Source: Alphaproteobacteria bacterium (GTDB lineage: Bacteria; Pseudomonadota; Alphaproteobacteria; SP197). From it: a stretch of 64,000 nt of DNA. The position numbers and the translations under genes are program-made. Shown in pieces: positions 21,330 to 29,825 of this stretch. Under the pieces are notes generated by a model. It had not been told where the DNA came from, made no database searches, and worked only from the letters and a program-made list of their open reading frames with translations. The stretch covers positions 1,312,001-1,376,000 of the forward strand of contig OZ219920.1 in the NCBI GenBank assembly GCA_964291415.2, read 5' to 3'. How positions within the stretch are numbered: the first letter of the stretch is position 1; every line of letters starts with the position of its first letter.

Positions 21330-22859
21330 ATGAGCCGGACCGACAACCAGCAGGCGGCGCGGTCGAGAAGCCGAAGATCGGCCAGCCCCCCGGCAAGCGC
21401 TCCCCGCAGGGACCGGGGCGGCCGGTTCTCGCCGCTCGATGACACGTCCCGCGACACGATCATCGACAGCGCGTTTTCCATTCTGGAAAGGATCGGCATG
21501 GCATCGGCTCCGGACTGGTTCATGCGGCTGGCGATCGACGATGGCGCCAGGCGGCACGGGGACGGGCGCATTCTCTTCCCCCGGCTGCGGGTCGAGAAGG
21601 CCGTGGCGCGGGCGGCGAAGAGCGTGACCGTGCCGGGCTTTGTGGAGGACCGGGGTATCGATGCGGGCAACGGTCTGGTCCATACCGGCACCGGCGGTGC
21701 CGCGATCGATGTGCTCGATGCCGCCACCGGATGCTATCGGGCCTCCACACTTCGTGATCTCCTTGCCATCATGCGGGTGGTGGATGCGTGTCCCAACGTG
21801 CATTACGGCATCCGCCCCCTGGTGGCGCGGGACATGACCGACACCTTCGAAATCGACATCAACACCGCCTATGCCTGCCTTGCCGGAACAGGCAAGCCCA
21901 TCGGCACGTCATTCGTTCATGCCGACCACGTCGCCCCGGTGGCATCCATGTTCGACTGCGCTCTTGGGGCCGAAGGCAGCTTTCGCCGGCACCCCTTCTG
22001 CATGGCGGTTGTGGTGCATGCGGTCTCGCCTCTTCGCTATGCACCCGATGGTGTCGACATCATGCGTGCCGCCATGGCCGAAGGCATGCCGCTGCAGACA
22101 TGTTCGGCGGGCCAGGCGGGCGCCACAAGCCCCGTCACACTGGCCGGCGCCCTCGCCCAGGGACTCGCCGAGACCCTCGCCGGCCTCATGGTGGTGGACC
22201 TCCTCAAGCCCGGCTATCCCGCCATCCACGCCTTCATGCCATTCATCTCCGATCTCAGAACCGGCGCCATGAGTGGTGGAGGCGGCGAATCGGCCATTGC
22301 GAATGCCGCGGCGGCCCAGCTCCTGCGCCATCTCCAGCTGCCGTCCACGGTTGCCGCCGGCATGACAGACTCCAAGGAGGCGGACGCCCAGGCCGGGTAT
22401 GAGAAGGCCTACACCATTGCCCTGGCGGCTCACGCGGGAGCAGACATGATCAACCTTTCCGTCGGCATGCTGGGATCCATCACGGTGGCCTCACCCGAGG
22501 CCCTGGTCATCGATGACGAAATGCTGGGGGCCATCCTGCGCTCCGTGCGCGGCGTTGACGTCACGCCGGACGCCATCGATCTTGACGGCATGAAGCGTGT
22601 TGTCCTCGGTGATGGCCACTATCTTGGCGAACCGCAGACACTGGCGCTCATGAAAAGCGAGTATGTCTATCCGTGCCTGGGTGACAGGCGCAGCGTTCAC
22701 GAGTGGGTGGAGTCCGGTCCGGTGTCAATCTGGGACAAGGCACGGTCCAGGGTCACCCGCATCGTCGACGCCCCGGCACCGGCTCACCTCGAGGCAGCGG
22801 CGGATCAGGCCATCCGCTCGCGCTTCCCCATCAGACTTTCGGCAACTGGAGACACGTAA
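21330..22859 (+). CDS. MttB (trimethylamine methyltransferase) family protein, pyrrolysine-lacking type
   Basis: 'SPLRY', 'AGATSPVTLAGAL', 'SDLRTGAMSGG', 'GMTDSK...DAQAGYEK'; no in-frame TAG. Confidence 0.9.
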   Translation: MSRTDNQQAARSRSRRSASPPASAPRRDRGGRFSPLDDTSRDTIIDSAFSILERIGMASAPDWFMRLAIDDGARRHGDGRILFPRLRVEKAVARAAKSVTVPGFVEDRGIDAGNGLVHTGTGGAAIDVLDAATGCYRASTLRDLLAIMRVVDACPNVHYGIRPLVARDMTDTFEIDINTAYACLAGTGKPIGTSFVHADHVAPVASMFDCALGAEGSFRRHPFCMAVVVHAVSPLRYAPDGVDIMRAAMAEGMPLQTCSAGQAGATSPVTLAGALAQGLAETLAGLMVVDLLKPGYPAIHAFMPFISDLRTGAMSGGGGESAIANAAAAQLLRHLQLPSTVAAGMTDSKEADAQAGYEKAYTIALAAHAGADMINLSVGMLGSITVASPEALVIDDEMLGAILRSVRGVDVTPDAIDLDGMKRVVLGDGHYLGEPQTLALMKSEYVYPCLGDRRSVHEWVESGPVSIWDKARSRVTRIVDAPAPAHLEAAADQAIRSRFPIRLSATGDT

Positions 22860-23297
22860 ATGAACGTTTATCGCAGTATCGTCATCGAGGCCCCCATCGA
22901 CAGGACATGGGCAGCCGTCAGGGAATTCGACAGCGTGGGAGTGTGGAATCCGGCCGTCTCGTCCGCCCGCATGGAGACAGGAACATCGACCTCGGTCGGG
23001 TCGGTGCGGCATCTCGACGTTGTCGACGGCACCATCTTTCGCGAAACGCTGCTGGCGCATTCCGATGTCGACCATTTCTACACCTACGACATCATCGAGG
23101 GCCCTCTGCCCTGCACCGGTTATCTCTCGACCCACCGCTTCGTCCCCATTACGGAAGGCAACTGGACGCTTGGCATCTGGGAGGGAACATTCGACTGTGC
23201 CAGGGAGGATGAAGCGAAGCTGGAATCGATCGTCGGCGATCTCATCTACCGCGACGGGATGAAAGGGCTCGCCGCCTGGCTGATGGAAAACAGCTGA
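22860..23297 (+). CDS. SRPBCC (polyketide cyclase/MxaD-like) family protein
   Basis: 'IEAPIDRTWAAVREF...WNP', 'VGSVR', 'ETLLAHSD...YTY'. Confidence 0.82.
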   Translation: MNVYRSIVIEAPIDRTWAAVREFDSVGVWNPAVSSARMETGTSTSVGSVRHLDVVDGTIFRETLLAHSDVDHFYTYDIIEGPLPCTGYLSTHRFVPITEGNWTLGIWEGTFDCAREDEAKLESIVGDLIYRDGMKGLAAWLMENS

Positions 23298-24002
23298 ATG
23301 ACCGACACTCTGGGCTATCGCTCGATCATCGGTGTGATGACACCGGCGATGAACACCGTCGTGCAGCCGGAACTCGAATCCCTGCGCCCACCTGGCGTGA
23401 CAAACCAGATGCAGAGATTCCGTCTGGGCGGCGAGAGGATTTCGGACGACCTCGACAGCGAGGCCGCCAGGTTGATGGACTGCAATCCGACAGCCCTGGC
23501 GATCGGCCTGACCACGGACGCCGGGCGAGGTGGCGTGACGAAACTCCAGGAGCGCTGCCGCGGTCTGGCTTCGTCGCTGGGAGTCCCGGTCTTCAATGCC
23601 TCATCCGCCTGTCACGAGGCCCTGCGGCGCCTCGATGCCAGCACGATCTCCATCGTCACACCCTTCAATGCCGCCACCAACGAGGCTGTCGCCGGCAATG
23701 CGGTGGATGCCGGGTTCACCGTGGCTGCGGTCGCCGGTACCGACGCTCCATCTCTGCCGGAGATCTGCGAGACGTCGCCGGAGGACATCGAGGCGGCCTT
23801 TCTCGAGGTCGCAGCCAGTGACTGCGATGCCATCCTCCAGGTGGGAACGGCTCTTCCGGTCTGTCACCTCCTCGCCTCCCTGGAGACACTGACCGGCAAA
23901 CCCGTGGTTGCCTGCAATGCGGCCCTCTACTGGCAGACCCTGCGGCATCTCGGGATCACGGACCCGATCGACGGCTTCGGTCAACTCCTGGCAGAACACT
24001 AG
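23298..24002 (+). CDS. Arylmalonate decarboxylase/maleate isomerase (Asp/Glu racemase) family protein
   Basis: 'GVMTPAMNTVVQPE', 'SIVTPF', 'KPVVACNAALYWQTLR...GFGQLL'. Confidence 0.8.
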   Translation: MTDTLGYRSIIGVMTPAMNTVVQPELESLRPPGVTNQMQRFRLGGERISDDLDSEAARLMDCNPTALAIGLTTDAGRGGVTKLQERCRGLASSLGVPVFNASSACHEALRRLDASTISIVTPFNAATNEAVAGNAVDAGFTVAAVAGTDAPSLPEICETSPEDIEAAFLEVAASDCDAILQVGTALPVCHLLASLETLTGKPVVACNAALYWQTLRHLGITDPIDGFGQLLAEH

Positions 24003-24007
24003 AGACG

Positions 24008-26413
24008 ATGCGGAGAACGGCCAGGGTCGTTGTCATCGGCGGCGGCGCCGTCGGTGTTTCCTGCTTGTGGCACCTGGTCAGGGCCGGTGTCACCGAGTGC
24101 CTGCTGATCGAAAGGGACGAGCTCACATCCGGTTCCACATGGCATGCTGCGGGCAACATTCCGATCTATGCGACAAGCTGGCTCGGAATGCGTGCAGGGG
24201 CCTATGCCCGGCGTCTCTATGGCGATCTCGGAGAGGACGTCACTTATCACCATACCGGCGCCTTCTGGCCGGCGCACGGTGAGGATCGCATCGATCTGTT
24301 CCGGCATCTCGCCGGCCTGGCGATCTCGGCGGGCGTGGAACTCGTGATGATCACGCCTGGCGAGATGGAGGCGCTGCATCCTCACTACACAGCCGGACCG
24401 GACGTCATCGGCGGCATTCTCGATCCCGGTGAAGGGGACATCGATCCCTCCCAACTCACGCAGGCGCTCGCCGGACAGGCCCGCCAGGCCGGTGCTGCAA
24501 TCGAGCGGTTCACCCGGGTCACGGAGCTATCAGCCACGCGCAGCGGTGAATGGCGCGTGACGACCGACAAGGGTGACGTGATCGCCGACACCATCGTCAA
24601 TGCCGCCGGCTTCTACGGCGGAGCCGTGGCGCGCCTTGCCGGGCAGTCCATTCCGGTGGCGACACTCAAGCACCAGTACCTGGTCACCGAGCCCCTCCCC
24701 GCTCTCGGGGAATCACATGACGCCTTCCCCCTGGTGCGGGATCCCGATCTTGGGTTCTACCTGAGGCGCGAAGGCGACGGAATGCTGGTGGGTTCCTATG
24801 ATCATCCAGGCAGGCCTGCCTTCACCGACGGGCTGCCACGGGACTTTGCCCACCAGCTCTTCAACGAGTCGCCCGATGATATCGCCGTGGCCTTCGAAAA
24901 GGCGCTTGGTCATTTTCCGCTGCTTCGGGAGGCCGGAGTCCGGCGTTTCGTCAATGGCCCCATCGCCTACGCCCCGGATGCCCTGCCGCTGTGCGGTCCG
25001 GCCTATGGCCTGAGGAACTTCTTTCATGCCTGTGGCATCCAGATCGGCATCACCCATTCCGCCGCCGCCGGCAAGGCCATCGCGGAGTGGATCAGCGAAG
25101 GCGAAACCGAGTGGGACATGGCGGCCTGGGATCCCCGCCGCTTTGGCGACTGGGCCACGCAAGAGATGGCTGTCGAGAGAGCTGTCGAGGTCTACGGCCT
25201 GCAGTACGCCATCCCCTACCCCCGGCGCCTTCTCTCCTCATCGCGGCCCATGAGGACAACTCCCCTCTATCACTCCCTGGCTTCCAGGGGAGCGGTCTTC
25301 GGTGAAATCGGTGGCTGGGAGCGCGCCTTCTGGTTCGACACCGACGGCAGAAGGGACGATAAACGCTTGAGTTTCCGCGACTGTGAACCGTGGCGCGACG
25401 CGGTGCGGCGCGAGTGCCAGGGAGTCCGCGATCGTGTCGGCATCATGGACCACGGCGGTTTCTCCAAGTTCGAGGTCGAGGGACCGGATGCAACGCGCTA
25501 TCTGGAGCGGGTGTTCTGCGGGCGGATTCCGGGAGATCTCCGCACGCGCCTTGCCTACATGCTCACCCCGTCAGGCCGGATCTGGAGCGAAGCCACCATC
25601 ACCCGCCTTGACGAGAACCGCTATCTTCTGTGTGGCCCGACCCTGGCCGAGCAGCGTGACCACGACTGGTTGCGAGAAGCCCTTCCGGCGGGATGGCGTG
25701 TCACACTGCGACGCGGATATGCGCAGGACGCCACCCTCATGATCGCCGGGCCCCTGTCACGCGACCTTCTGGCAACCGTGACCGATGCCGATCTAGGGAA
25801 CGATGTCATGCCCTGGCTCAGCGCGGCCACCGTAACTGTCGCGGGATATGCGGCGACGGCCCTGCGTGTCTCCTATGCCGGCGAACTGGGCTGGGAACTT
25901 CATCTCGCTTCAGCCGATCTCCAGGCGGTCCATGACGCCTTGCGGCACTCCGGACGGGGCCTTGGTCTCATCGACTTCGGCTCATGGGCCCTTGATTCAC
26001 TGCGGCTCGAAAAGGGTTATCACGCCTGGGGTCTCGACATCGGGATCGAGTACACCCCGTTCGATGCCGGACTGGACCGCTTCATTGCCTTCAACAAGAC
26101 GGACTTCATGGGCTGCGATGCCGTGGCGCGACAGCGCCGGACCGGGCCCACCTGGCGATTCGCCGGATTCACCATAGACGACAGCGACGCGGACGCGCTG
26201 CCCGGTGATCCGATACTCCTCGATTCGGTGCCGGTTGGCTACGTGACATCGGCCGGCACCGGCTTTCGCATGATGAAACGCCTTGCCCTGGGTTATGTCA
26301 GGGCCAACACGCCACCGGGCGCCTGGTCCATCAGGATCCTCGGGAACGACTGTCCCGCGGCACCGTCGCCCCTACCCTTCTACGATCCCGACAACGCCCG
26401 CCTGAAAGCCTGA
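24008..26413 (+). CDS. FAD-dependent dimethylglycine/sarcosine dehydrogenase-like protein with GcvT folate domain
   Basis: 'VIGGGAVG', 'LTSGSTWHAAG', 'GWERAFWF', 'SYAGELGWELH', 'SLRLEKGY'. Confidence 0.9.
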   Translation: MRRTARVVVIGGGAVGVSCLWHLVRAGVTECLLIERDELTSGSTWHAAGNIPIYATSWLGMRAGAYARRLYGDLGEDVTYHHTGAFWPAHGEDRIDLFRHLAGLAISAGVELVMITPGEMEALHPHYTAGPDVIGGILDPGEGDIDPSQLTQALAGQARQAGAAIERFTRVTELSATRSGEWRVTTDKGDVIADTIVNAAGFYGGAVARLAGQSIPVATLKHQYLVTEPLPALGESHDAFPLVRDPDLGFYLRREGDGMLVGSYDHPGRPAFTDGLPRDFAHQLFNESPDDIAVAFEKALGHFPLLREAGVRRFVNGPIAYAPDALPLCGPAYGLRNFFHACGIQIGITHSAAAGKAIAEWISEGETEWDMAAWDPRRFGDWATQEMAVERAVEVYGLQYAIPYPRRLLSSSRPMRTTPLYHSLASRGAVFGEIGGWERAFWFDTDGRRDDKRLSFRDCEPWRDAVRRECQGVRDRVGIMDHGGFSKFEVEGPDATRYLERVFCGRIPGDLRTRLAYMLTPSGRIWSEATITRLDENRYLLCGPTLAEQRDHDWLREALPAGWRVTLRRGYAQDATLMIAGPLSRDLLATVTDADLGNDVMPWLSAATVTVAGYAATALRVSYAGELGWELHLASADLQAVHDALRHSGRGLGLIDFGSWALDSLRLEKGYHAWGLDIGIEYTPFDAGLDRFIAFNKTDFMGCDAVARQRRTGPTWRFAGFTIDDSDADALPGDPILLDSVPVGYVTSAGTGFRMMKRLALGYVRANTPPGAWSIRILGNDCPAAPSPLPFYDPDNARLKA

Positions 26414-26415
26414 CA

Positions 26416-27288
26416 TCACCCCGTCATCGGGCCACGACGGATGGTTCGATAGATGGCGGAGATGTCGAGGTCACCATGCCCGGAGGCGTCGAAGCGTGCG
26501 AAACGCCGTGCGGCCTCGGCTCCGAAGGGGGTTGTCTGACCACAGATCGTGGCCGCCTGCTGGGCAAGGGAAAGATCCTTGGCCATCAGCCGTGCGGCAA
26601 ACCCCGGGGCGTAGCCATGGGTTGCCGGCGCATCGGGCATCAGACCGGGTACCGGACAGCGGTTGTCCAGAATCCAGCTCTGCGCCGCGGCTCCGCGGCA
26701 CAGCTCGTGGAACTTCCCGGCATCGAGATCGAGGGACTCCGCCAGCGCGAAGGCCTCGCACACACCAAGCATGGTGATGCCGCAGATCATGTTGTGGCAG
26801 GCCTTGGCGGCCTGGCCCGACCCGGTCTCACCGAAATGAATGACCCGCTTTCCCATGATGTCGAGCAGGGGCCGGACTCGGGCGACATGGTCCGGCGCTC
26901 CGCCAACCATGAAACTCAGGGTTCCGTTCGCGGCGCCTTCGGGGCCACCCGACATTGGCGCGTCGACAAAGCCGCAATCCGCCCCATCGGCCATGATGGC
27001 AAGGCGGCGCGTGGCAGCAACGTCGATGGAAGAACAGTCGAGGAAGATTCGTCCCTCTCTCTGCCCGTGAAGAGCTTCGACAACGCTCGTGACACTCTCG
27101 CCGTCCGGCAGCACGGTGATCACGGTGTCCGCTTCAAGCGCTGTCTCCTCGAGGGATGCTGTGTCCAGTGCCCTTCTCACGTCGGCATCGGTGTCCCAGC
27201 CAGCGACGCTGCATCCCGCTGCAGCCAGGCGCCGGATCATCGGCCGACCCATGGTGCCCAGCCCGACCAAACAGATCTGTCCCGACAT
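26416..27288 (-). CDS. mmsB: 3-hydroxyisobutyrate dehydrogenase
   Basis: 'GLGTMG', 'DAPMSGG', 'AAKACHNMI', 'CPVPGL...GFAARLMAKDL'; AGGAGG RBS. Confidence 0.82.
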   Translation of the reverse strand: MSGQICLVGLGTMGRPMIRRLAAAGCSVAGWDTDADVRRALDTASLEETALEADTVITVLPDGESVTSVVEALHGQREGRIFLDCSSIDVAATRRLAIMADGADCGFVDAPMSGGPEGAANGTLSFMVGGAPDHVARVRPLLDIMGKRVIHFGETGSGQAAKACHNMICGITMLGVCEAFALAESLDLDAGKFHELCRGAAAQSWILDNRCPVPGLMPDAPATHGYAPGFAARLMAKDLSLAQQAATICGQTTPFGAEAARRFARFDASGHGDLDISAIYRTIRRGPMTG

Positions 27289-27489
27289 GACACTCCTCCT
27301 TCGTTCATGCAACCACGCTCATCCGGCCGGCATGCGCGGCGAGCTGACACGCATTATCCTCATTCTCACACGGGCAGCATTCCGTAGCCGAGACCATGCT
27401 GGTGGAGGTAAAGAAGCGCGTTGCGCTGACGTTCCGGATCCCTTTCTTCCCCATTGTGGTCATCCTGTCGGGCCGGTGTGTCGGCGGCT

Positions 27490-27549
27490 CGCAGCTGGCG
27501 GGTTGAAGAACAGCTCTTGTCGACCTGTCCTGGATTCTCCAAATGAATG
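27490..27549 (+). pseudogene. Left fragment of a type I R-M methyltransferase (HsdM) C-terminus
   Basis: Reads RSWRVEEQLLSTCPGFSK*, resembling HsdM 'HAWRGE...DVPGFCKS', which normally precedes the segment at 28884. Confidence 0.5.
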
Positions 27550-27553
27550 CATG

Positions 27554-27578
27554 GGGAATTGTATACGAAACTTGACAG
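27554..27578 (+). repeat. Left terminal inverted repeat
   Basis: GGGAATTGTATACGAAACTTGACAG. Confidence 0.72.
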
Positions 27579-27585
27579 AATAGAC

Positions 27586-27614
27586 TTGACATCCAATGGT
27601 GTTATCGATATGAA
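27586..27614 (+). promoter_or_regulatory. Candidate sigma70 promoter for tnpB
   Basis: TTGACA (27586-91), 17 nt, TATGAA (27609-14); GGAG RBS at 27645-48. Confidence 0.55.
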
Positions 27615-27655
27615 TTCGTGTCGTAAATCAGTGTTCGCAACACCGGAGTCCCCGC

Positions 27656-28855
27656 ATGTCGTCCTCTGTCGCCTATCGACAGATCACCTTTCGCCTGCTG
27701 CCCGAGAAACGCAGCACCTGGCGGCGGCTGGAGGCCATGCTCGACACGCAGCGCTGTCTCTACAACGCGGCGCTGGAAGAACGGATCGACTGCTACCGGA
27801 AGACCGGCAAGTCACTCACCTACTTCGATCAGGCGAAGTCCCTGACCGTGTGCCGCGAGGCGCTGCCGGACATGGCGGCGGTGCCGGTGGCCATTCAGCG
27901 CGGGACGCTCAAGCGCCTCGATCATGCCTTCAAGGGCTTCTTCCGGCGGGTGAAGCAGGGTGGGGCCGGGTTCCCCCGGTTCCAGGGACGCCGGCACTTC
28001 AACAGCCTTTCCGTGGTCTCCGGCGTCAGGGTCGAGGGCAGTCGCCTGCGCATCCCCGGCCTGGGCTGGCTGACCATCCGCCGCCGGGGCGGCAATCCCT
28101 GGCCGCAGGGCACGCCGGTGAGTGCGGTCCTCAAGCGCGAGGAGGGACGCTGGAAGGCTGTGGTATGCCATGCGGTGTCGCTGCCGGAATCCGACGACAA
28201 CGGCCATGCCGTCGGCGTGGACGTGAATGCGGGCCAGGTGGCGACCTCGGACGGGGAGATCCTGCGCCTGGAGAGGAGCCGGCGTCTCGAGGCCCGTGCC
28301 CGGCGCTGCGCCAAGCAACTGGCGCGGCAGCGCCGTGGCAGCAGGCGGCGGGAGAAGACGCGGCGGCGTCTGGCGAAGACCACCCGGCACATGGCCATGA
28401 AGCGCCATGACTGGCAGCACCACGTCAGTCGCCGGCTCAGTGAGACGGCCGGGACGGTGGTGGTCGAGGATCTGAAGGTCCGCACCATGACCCGCAGCGC
28501 CAGGGGCACGAAGGAGGAGCCGGGACGTCACGTGCGCTCCAAGGCGGGTCTCAACCGCGTCATCCTGGAGACGGGCTGGTCGTCGTTCCGGAGAATGCTG
28601 GACTACAAGGTTCACCGCGTCATCGCGGTGAACCCGGCCTACAGCAGCCAGACCTGTGCAGCGTGCGGCGTCACGAGCGCCCAATCACGCAGGACGCGGG
28701 ACCTGTTTCAATGCGTGGCGTGCGGCCATGCGGATCACGCCGACCTCAATGCAGCGGCGAACATCCTGGCCTCGGGGACTGAGGCATCTGCGCGGGGAGG
28801 TTGCCGGGTTGCCGGGCCTGTGAACCGCGAAATCGATCGGAGGATGGCAGCATGA
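27656..28855 (+). CDS. tnpB: RNA-guided endonuclease TnpB
   Basis: 'LYNAALEER', 'GFPRF', RuvC-I 'VGVDVN', RuvC-II 'VVVEDL', Zn ribbon CAAC/CVAC, RuvC-III 'HADLNAAANIL'. Confidence 0.95.
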   Translation: MSSSVAYRQITFRLLPEKRSTWRRLEAMLDTQRCLYNAALEERIDCYRKTGKSLTYFDQAKSLTVCREALPDMAAVPVAIQRGTLKRLDHAFKGFFRRVKQGGAGFPRFQGRRHFNSLSVVSGVRVEGSRLRIPGLGWLTIRRRGGNPWPQGTPVSAVLKREEGRWKAVVCHAVSLPESDDNGHAVGVDVNAGQVATSDGEILRLERSRRLEARARRCAKQLARQRRGSRRREKTRRRLAKTTRHMAMKRHDWQHHVSRRLSETAGTVVVEDLKVRTMTRSARGTKEEPGRHVRSKAGLNRVILETGWSSFRRMLDYKVHRVIAVNPAYSSQTCAACGVTSAQSRRTRDLFQCVACGHADHADLNAAANILASGTEASARGGCRVAGPVNREIDRRMAA

Positions 28856-28882
28856 CGCTGTCAACTTCTCGATATAAGTCCC
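28769..28882 (+). ncRNA. Putative omega-RNA scaffold core overlapping the tnpB 3' end and right TIR
   Basis: Hairpin GCCTCG-GGGAC-TGAGGC whose loop is complementary to terminal GTCCC (28878-82); true 5' boundary unknown. Confidence 0.55.
28858..28882 (-). repeat. Right terminal inverted repeat
   Basis: Reverse complement GGGACTTATATCGAGAAGTTGACAG; starts 2 nt after the tnpB stop. Confidence 0.72.
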
Positions 28883-28883
28883 C

Positions 28884-29081
28884 ATGAATAATCAGGGCTG
28901 CGTGCTAACGTTGGGCTGCCATGCTGGCGCGGCTCCTGTGGAGGACGACGACGAGCCGTTCGAGGACAAGACGCTATGCCTCGTCAAGCAATTGCGTGAA
29001 CAGCAGGCCGAAGGCTCGCGGCTGTACCGGACTATCGAAGCGAGTCTCGAGGTGCTGGGGTTCGGGAGTGGCGGATCGTGA
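28884..29081 (+). pseudogene. hsdM: C-terminal relic of type I R-M methyltransferase HsdM
   Basis: 'VLTLGCHAGAAPVEDDDEPFEDK...QLREQQAEG..L...IEASLEVLGFG' resembles HsdM 'VLTPGRYVG...EDDGEPFEEKM...LGF'. Confidence 0.75.
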
Positions 29082-29503
29082 CTATCGACACAACATTCCT
29101 GCGACGCTGCATCGGCGTGCTGGAGTGTGCCTCGGAGGAAATCTGTGCACACGACGAGTCGGACGACTTCGTCTACGACATCTATCGCGCGGCCTGCGTC
29201 AAGGAGTTCGAGCTGGTTCTGGAGCAGAGTGGCAAGCTGCTGCGCAAACGACTCGCGGCTTACTTCGCCAGCAATCGGCGGGCGGACCGTCTGACATTCA
29301 GGGATCTCTTCCGTCATGCCGGGAAACACGGCTTGATGGAACCGGAAGCGGTCGAACGCTGGTTCCACTACCGCGACAACCGAAACGATACCGCGCATGA
29401 CTACGGCAAGGACTTCGCCGAAGCGACGCTCAAGCTGTTGCCTGCGTTCATCGCCGACGCGAAGGCGCTGGCCGACGCGATCGAGGCGGGAAACGATGGC
29501 TGA
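29078..29503 (+). CDS. HEPN protein (HI0074-like nucleotidyltransferase substrate-binding family), putative RNase toxin
   Basis: 'KEFELVLE', Rx4H motif 'RNDTAH'; overlaps the hsdM relic stop and the MNT start. Confidence 0.87.
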   Translation: MTIDTTFLRRCIGVLECASEEICAHDESDDFVYDIYRAACVKEFELVLEQSGKLLRKRLAAYFASNRRADRLTFRDLFRHAGKHGLMEPEAVERWFHYRDNRNDTAHDYGKDFAEATLKLLPAFIADAKALADAIEAGNDG

Positions 29504-29825
29504 TCGGCTGCATCTGAAACCGGAGCATCGCCGTACCCTTGAGGCGCTGTTGCAGAAGCACCTGCCCAAGACCGAAGTCTGGGCCTACGGCAGTCGCGTG
29601 GACGGTCGGAGCCACGATGGCAGCGATCTCGATCTCGTTCTGCGCGGCCCGGGCCTGAAGGAGATTCCGATCCTTCAGCTCGGAGACTTCGAGGATGCTG
29701 TGCGGGAATCGAGCATCCCCTTCCTGGTCGAGGCCCGCGACTGGGCCCGTCTGCCAGAGCGGTTTCATCGGGAGATCGAGCGCAATCATGAGGTGTTCTA
29801 TCAACACAATGAACAAGGCAAATAG
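29496..29825 (+). CDS. Minimal nucleotidyltransferase (MNT, HI0073-like), putative antitoxin
   Basis: GSx10DxD 'YGSRVDGRSHDGSDLDL'. Confidence 0.87.
   Translation: MADRLHLKPEHRRTLEALLQKHLPKTEVWAYGSRVDGRSHDGSDLDLVLRGPGLKEIPILQLGDFEDAVRESSIPFLVEARDWARLPERFHREIERNHEVFYQHNEQGK

Larger units (their letters stand above)
27554..28882 (+). mobile_element. Non-autonomous TIR-bounded element carrying only tnpB
   Basis: 25-bp imperfect TIRs (18/25 identical), CATG on both flanks, no transposase, interrupts an hsdM relic. Confidence 0.75.

Noticed and set aside
21330-22859. Possible pyrrolysine recoding in MttB
   Set aside because: No in-frame TAG and no pyl genes in the window.
27547-27561. 'MHGEL' as a continuation of HsdM, putting the insertion boundary at 27562
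   Set aside because: These bases match the inverted right end, so they are better explained as TIR; the protein-level fit is probably coincidental.
28861-28864. TCAA as a classical IS605-type right cleavage site
   Set aside because: No subterminal hairpin seen; the motif lies within the TIR, and the pseudoknot partner is 14-18 nt further out. Not fully excluded.
27656-29825. TnpB as a Cas12f/CRISPR effector with HEPN as an ancillary nuclease
   Set aside because: No repeat-spacer array or cas genes; HEPN-MNT lies outside the TIRs and belongs to the hsd relic.
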